Below are positions 63,488 through 64,000 of a stretch of DNA of 64,000 bases, piece by piece. Made by a program: the position numbers and the translations under genes. Below the pieces are notes generated by a model, which worked only from the letters and a program-made list of their open reading frames with translations, was not told the origin of the DNA and ran no database searches. Position 1 is the stretch's first letter; each line of letters starts with the position of its first letter. The DNA is taken from the NCBI GenBank assembly GCA_951406725.2, contig OX597814.1, positions 206,708,001 through 206,772,000 of the forward strand. Reading direction: 5' to 3'. This stretch comes from Octopus vulgaris (Eukaryota).

Positions 63488-63770
63488 TTTGTTTTTATCA
63501 TTCTTAGGCACATATGGTGAAGGTGTTTATTTTGCCAAAAGCATCCGATATTCTGCAGATGATACCTATTCTACTCCTGACCATCGCAGAATAAAGACAA
63601 TATACAAATGCAGTGTTCTTGTGGGAAGAGTGATTCAAGGACAACGTAGATTAAAAGTTTTACATGGTTCTTGCAATTCTGCGGTTGATGATATTCAAAG
63701 ACCCAATATTTATGTTACTTTTGATGACTCTCAAGCATATCCTAATTATTTGATTACATTCTCTAATTGA
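3387..63770 (+). CDS. PARP14/15-like: Multi-exon macrodomain mono-ADP-ribosyltransferase (PARP14/PARP15-like), 5'-partial. Exons: 3387-3468, 11402-11538, 11821-12048, 12659-12886, 16757-16838, 27663-27800, 28083-28310, 28921-29148, 52358-52412, 60785-60918, 61309-61486, 63508-63770
   Basis: All exons are bounded by AG/GT and their phases chain correctly (0-1, 1-0, 0-0, 0-0, repeated, then 0-1, 1-0, 0-1, 1-stop), apart from a +1 nt insertion in 27663-27800. Macro motifs VDVIVNST..L.L..GAISKSILNAAG and SLAFPILGAG; ART motifs WHGT, YGEGVYFA and QAYPNYLITF. Confidence 0.88.
3580..3950 (+). repeat. Abundant RTE-tail/SINE-like dispersed repeat with about 60-bp internal subrepeats; further copies near 16945-17380, 36850-37212, 43016-43285, 47110-47300, 55200-55460 and 62790-63180
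   Basis: Shared ggtggcacgtaaaaagcacc subrepeats and the tail ggttggcgttaggaagggcatccagc…ccaacccatgctagcatggaaagcggac. Confidence 0.8.
4090..4950 (-). mobile_element. R4/Dong-like non-LTR retrotransposon 3' fragment (restriction-like endonuclease); duplicate at about 17510-18370
   Basis: Minus strand reads KILWDFDFQTDK…RPDI…IIDLA…DKYGNLRIEIAKMW…IPIVIG…LQKSALLG, with an (AAT)n tail. Confidence 0.75.
5055..5400 (-). mobile_element. Penelope-like RT fragment; duplicate at about 18500-18810
   Basis: NIKFTSSFSKTSIDYLDTKV…TELLCKPMSSHIY matches the PLE motif IKFT…I.FLD…T.LY.KP. Confidence 0.65.
9158..9277 (+). pseudogene. Degenerate older paralog of exon B (GTKPSDLLSPQQESSSMTPRTKVTSRKYDGIKIKLMI*)
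   Basis: Intact acceptor ttttcag. Similar to exon 11402-11538 (…ENDGIKIQLLIDSI), but has TAG where the paralog has GAT; similarity ends at about 9277 and there is no donor. Confidence 0.7.
9376..11246. mobile_element. TIR-bounded (MITE-like) element enclosing the Penelope fragment; duplicate at about 25603-27487
   Basis: About 60-bp imperfect inverted repeats: ctgttgtgtct…cacactcactg at 9376-9435 and cagtgagtgtg…agacacaacag at 11188-11246. Confidence 0.7.
9440..11075 (+). mobile_element. 5'-truncated Penelope-like element (RT C-terminus plus GIY-YIG endonuclease, CA-rich tail); duplicate at about 25665-27310
   Basis: ANSIHQSIKVTID…LPVLD; RMQFSGY; CMVC…NVVYSIGC…C…TYIGETSRSIAERLNEH…RQIRE. Confidence 0.85.
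11402..11538 (+). CDS. Exon B1: Ser/Thr-rich linker and macrodomain N-terminal strand
   Basis: tttttttcag|AC...GCATCT|gtgagt, 137 nt, phase 1 to 0. DTTSSNTSLPGSQKETSSVAPRPNETPRENDGIKIQLLIDSISNAS. Confidence 0.85.
11821..12048 (+). CDS. Exon C1: macrodomain core
   Basis: ctag|GTT...TCA|gtaagt, 228 nt. VDVIVNSTNRSLRLNIGAISKSILNAAGPQIQDECNQKFRRSISTSEIAITKGYKLNCKNVFHLVLPGWYEYHSDS resembles PARP14 macro2/macro3. Confidence 0.92.
12659..12886 (+). CDS. Exon D1: macrodomain C-terminal half
   Basis: ttttttag|ATT...AAG|gttggt, 228 nt. ILANLTRIITTCLETAERMGAKSLAFPILGAEMKYPIGKLPRTMYEAVKNYSDQNSSQIKDVYFVVLPEEDREIAK. Confidence 0.92.
12990..13430 (-). mobile_element. R4/Dong-like non-LTR RT fragment
   Basis: DSKLL…ELDSLIQSVQIFVNDIKMEFGLSKCATV; also FQGNSVS. 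Confidence 0.65.
13466..15067 (+). mobile_element. Decayed Gypsy 5' part: LTR, PBS, gag, protease; internally deleted and joined to the integrase end
   Basis: TGTT…AACA LTR-like segment at about 13466-13745. PBS-like tggcaacaaggat at 13750 (CpG-decayed TGGCGACGAGGAT). Twin zinc knuckles CYGYGGLHYKKDC…CYSCHKLGHRSSHC, and protease motif LQLDSGSDI. Confidence 0.82.
16757..16838 (+). CDS. Exon A2 (duplicate of A1)
   Basis: ttttacag|AAA...AAAG|gtaaac, 82 nt. KFEEYLQNKDENEGMMDKQENEGFHSK. Confidence 0.8.
19410..23468. repeat. 88-bp minisatellite, about 46 near-identical units
   Basis: Unit gatgatgaaatgttagagtgtgacagagagacagaaagaggggtcttgccataacagagagggcattggaggWggtgatccagtagta, head-to-tail with no spacers. 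Confidence 0.98.
27663..27800 (+). CDS. Exon B2 (duplicate of B1) with a +1 frameshift
   Basis: Splice sites are intact, but it is 138 nt against 137: cccagaacctaa versus cccagacctaa, giving TAA at 27731-27733. Confidence 0.7.
28083..28310 (+). CDS. Exon C2: macrodomain core (duplicate)
   Basis: gtag|GTT...TCA|gtaagt, 228 nt, open. VDVIVNSTNKSLQLNIGAISKSILNAAGPQIQYECNQKSRQSISASEIAITKGYNLNCKNVFHLVLPYWNEYYSDS. Confidence 0.9.
28921..29148 (+). CDS. Exon D2: macrodomain C-terminal half
   Basis: ttag|ATT...AAG|gttggt, 228 nt. Contains SLAFPILGAGLLKYP and ends IKDVCFVVYPQDTEVVK. Confidence 0.92.
30953..31128. mobile_element. 176-bp MITE-like element
   Basis: Perfect 27-bp inverted repeats gtggttgtatactgtcaacttaacgtg at 30953-30979 and 31102-31128. 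Confidence 0.7.
31260..33700 (-). mobile_element. Decayed Tc1/mariner-superfamily element interrupted by the mariner at 31697-32987
   Basis: Begins TA|CACTGTG. Minus strand reads WSSRGPNLNPLGF (a WPxxSPDLNPLD-like motif) near 31560-31600; the far boundary is approximate. Confidence 0.45.
31697..32987 (+). mobile_element. Full-length mariner (DD34D) transposon, 1291 bp; transposase 31864-32914 with two 1-nt frameshifts
   Basis: TA target duplications and about 37-bp TIRs with 2 mismatches. Motifs WIPRLL, ITQDETW, LQDNAPVH and YSPDLALSD. Confidence 0.95.
33780..34200 (+). mobile_element. RTE-clade LINE 3' fragment
   Basis: KVKGRLYDAC…RRLCWFGHVMRM…GRGRPRQTW. Confidence 0.75.
34899..35237 (+). 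mobile_element. tRNA-derived SINE
   Basis: A box tggctcagtgg and B box-like gctcgaatcc, followed by a CORE-like gtgttcttgagcaaggcactt segment; inserted in (TA)n. Confidence 0.8.
35270..37212 (+). mobile_element. RTE-clade LINE, RT plus 3' region and tail, decayed
   Basis: QFGFVLGRSTTDAIF, DMEKAFD, LLYADD, FRYLG and LRWYGHVLRM, followed by the common ccatgccagcatggaaaacggacgtt tail. Confidence 0.88.
37394..38628 (-). mobile_element. Decayed Tc1/mariner-superfamily (maT/DD37D-like) transposon
   Basis: TA|CAGGGTG terminus. Motifs VLGVVSNEG, RPYVFQ*DSA and WPPNSPDLNLSDYYMW. Confidence 0.8.
38690..40565 (-). mobile_element. 5'-truncated CR1/L2-group LINE (RT and C-terminus)
   Basis: NYRPISLTS, QHGF..GRSC, YLDFAKAFDKV, SYADDTK, VRDLGI and RLDYCSQLWSP. 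Confidence 0.9.
40668..41907 (-). mobile_element. Full-length decayed Tc1 (DD34E) transposon
   Basis: TA-flanked about 29-bp TIRs (caggggtaggacaaaatgatggaaacacc). Motifs DESSF, FQDDNAPIH and SPDLNIIEHLW. Confidence 0.9.
42437..42660 (-). mobile_element. SINE-like dispersed repeat
   Basis: ccatgctggagcaccgc…tcgacc…tattctatc…gaaccactaag pattern resembles reverse-strand cephalopod tRNA-derived SINEs (recognised from memory, not searched). Confidence 0.5.
42720..46500 (-). mobile_element. Near full-length decayed CR1/L2-group LINE (ORF1 remnant, APE, RT), with an RTE-tail repeat inserted at 43016-43285
   Basis: APE: LTETHL, MGNFNL, LSDHDIV. RT: YLDFSKAFDRV, SGVQQGTVL, IFADDSKL, RPHLEYCCPLWSP. 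Confidence 0.85.
47940..48760 (-). mobile_element. RTE-clade LINE 5' fragment (AP endonuclease)
   Basis: IISAYAPQ, AGDFNGH, NEEGTRLLEF, NTNFRK and QHRLVV. Confidence 0.85.
49264..52049. mobile_element. Non-autonomous DNA transposon (13-bp GG-starting TIRs, 8-bp TSD; Merlin-like) containing a Penelope fragment
   Basis: TIRs ggcaagacttcct and aggaagtctttcc; TSD gggatctt and tggatctt. A homologous uninterrupted site is present at about 6228-6550. Confidence 0.75.
49920..51655 (-). mobile_element. Penelope-like element fragment (RT and GIY-YIG)
   Basis: YAQDEGAAIG…YVDDI; RMQFSGY; minus strand VVYSIRC…TYVGETA*SIGERINKH. Confidence 0.85.
52358..52412 (+). CDS. Exon A3: last macrodomain helix plus short linker (KFEEYFQGNTTGSSAASS)
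   Basis: ctaacag|AAATTTGAAGAATAT...TCAG|gtaaat, 55 nt, phase 0 to 1. Same KFEEY start as A1/A2, and it bridges the phase between D2 and the ART exons. Confidence 0.8.
52545..52715 (+). mobile_element. tRNA-derived SINE fragment
   Basis: ggtgagctggcagaatc…gagttcaaattcc (A/B-box-like), then cctttcatcctttc…taagtaccagt. Confidence 0.55.
53515..53673. repeat. Compound trinucleotide microsatellite (ATT)n(ATC)n(TTC)n
   Basis: Directly visible. Confidence 0.95.
53960..59690 (-). mobile_element. R4/Dong-like non-LTR element (RT plus REL endonuclease) split by an RTE insertion
   Basis: 58680-59690: GSYGCRDELLIN, FDSIQHSWI, GIFQGDSLSP, YMDD, VKAFSDD. It resumes at about 55190 with IGMKFGLDK, then DRLYLPRAQGGQGL and ILWDFPV..D…KPEIV…LIDV…KYKDL. 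Confidence 0.85.
55200..58670 (-). mobile_element. Near full-length decayed RTE-clade LINE (APE, RT, 3' tail)
   Basis: CCIQE.RW, VGDFNG, NYRGIKLL, FGFVPGRSTTDA, HYADD, LRWYGHVLRM and GRGRPRKTW. Confidence 0.9.
59915..60228. repeat. Imperfect inverted repeat with about 110-bp arms (fold-back element)
   Basis: 59915-60026 is the reverse complement of about 60116-60228, with scattered mismatches. Confidence 0.85.
60785..60918 (+). CDS. ART-domain exon 1 (ESVFDRWSSMGDKELIKIVQVTNGPEYDDIQATFRQNLPSYHIMK)
   Basis: tttag|AA...AAA|gtttgt, 134 nt, phase 1 to 0. The W..M…EY..I…F pattern is typical of the start of the PARP14/15 catalytic domain. Confidence 0.88.
61309..61486 (+). CDS. ART-domain exon 2 with catalytic His (IERIQN…LWHGT…GFNHSSCGKN)
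   Basis: ctacag|ATT...AATG|gtaagt, 178 nt, phase 0 to 1. Confidence 0.93.
63508..63770 (+). CDS. Terminal ART-domain exon (GTYGEGVYFA…PNIYVTFDDSQAYPNYLITFSN*)
   Basis: cttag|GC…TGA. Contains the triad Tyr (GVYFA) and Ile in place of the catalytic Glu. Confidence 0.93.
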
Positions 63771-63779
63771 AATTAAGAC

Positions 63780-64000
63780 TTTTGTAACACTTTGAGTTGA
63801 GATTTGTAATTCTAAAAGTATTCAAATGTTTAACACTAAAACTTCAATTTTATAACACTTAAAACTATTTGAATTTTTAAAACTAATGCTGTTCAAATTT
63901 GTAACTGTAAAATTATTCAGATTTGTAACAGGAAAATTATTCAGATTTGTAGCATTAAAACTATTCAAATATTTAACAGTAAAATTATTCAAATTTGTAA
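63780..64000. repeat. Degenerate about 23-bp minisatellite immediately after the stop codon
   Basis: Recurring tttgtaacagtaaaattattca(a/g)a units running off the window end. Confidence 0.75.

Overview
Repeat-rich animal genomic DNA. The AT-rich composition, tRNA-derived SINEs, RTE-type tails and (TA)n/(CAT)n microsatellites suggest a coleoid cephalopod such as Octopus (inference). One host gene spans almost the whole window on the + strand: the 3' part of a macrodomain mono-ADP-ribosyltransferase (PARP14/PARP15-like). It has 12 GT-AG exons between 3387 and 63770, ending in an ART domain with an H-Y-I triad and no visible WWE domain. Its four-exon, phase-0/0 macrodomain cassette has been recently duplicated in tandem (about 1.65-13.0 kb versus 15.0-29.2 kb). 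The crossover appears to lie inside the last macrodomain exon, the copies differ mostly by amino-acid-changing substitutions, and the second copy carries a +1 frameshift. Introns contain decayed Gypsy, Penelope-like, RTE, R4/Dong-like, CR1-like, Tc1/mariner and MITE elements, several of them nested, plus a 4-kb 88-bp minisatellite. No CRISPR, rRNA or bona fide tRNA was found. All alignments and counts were done by eye.
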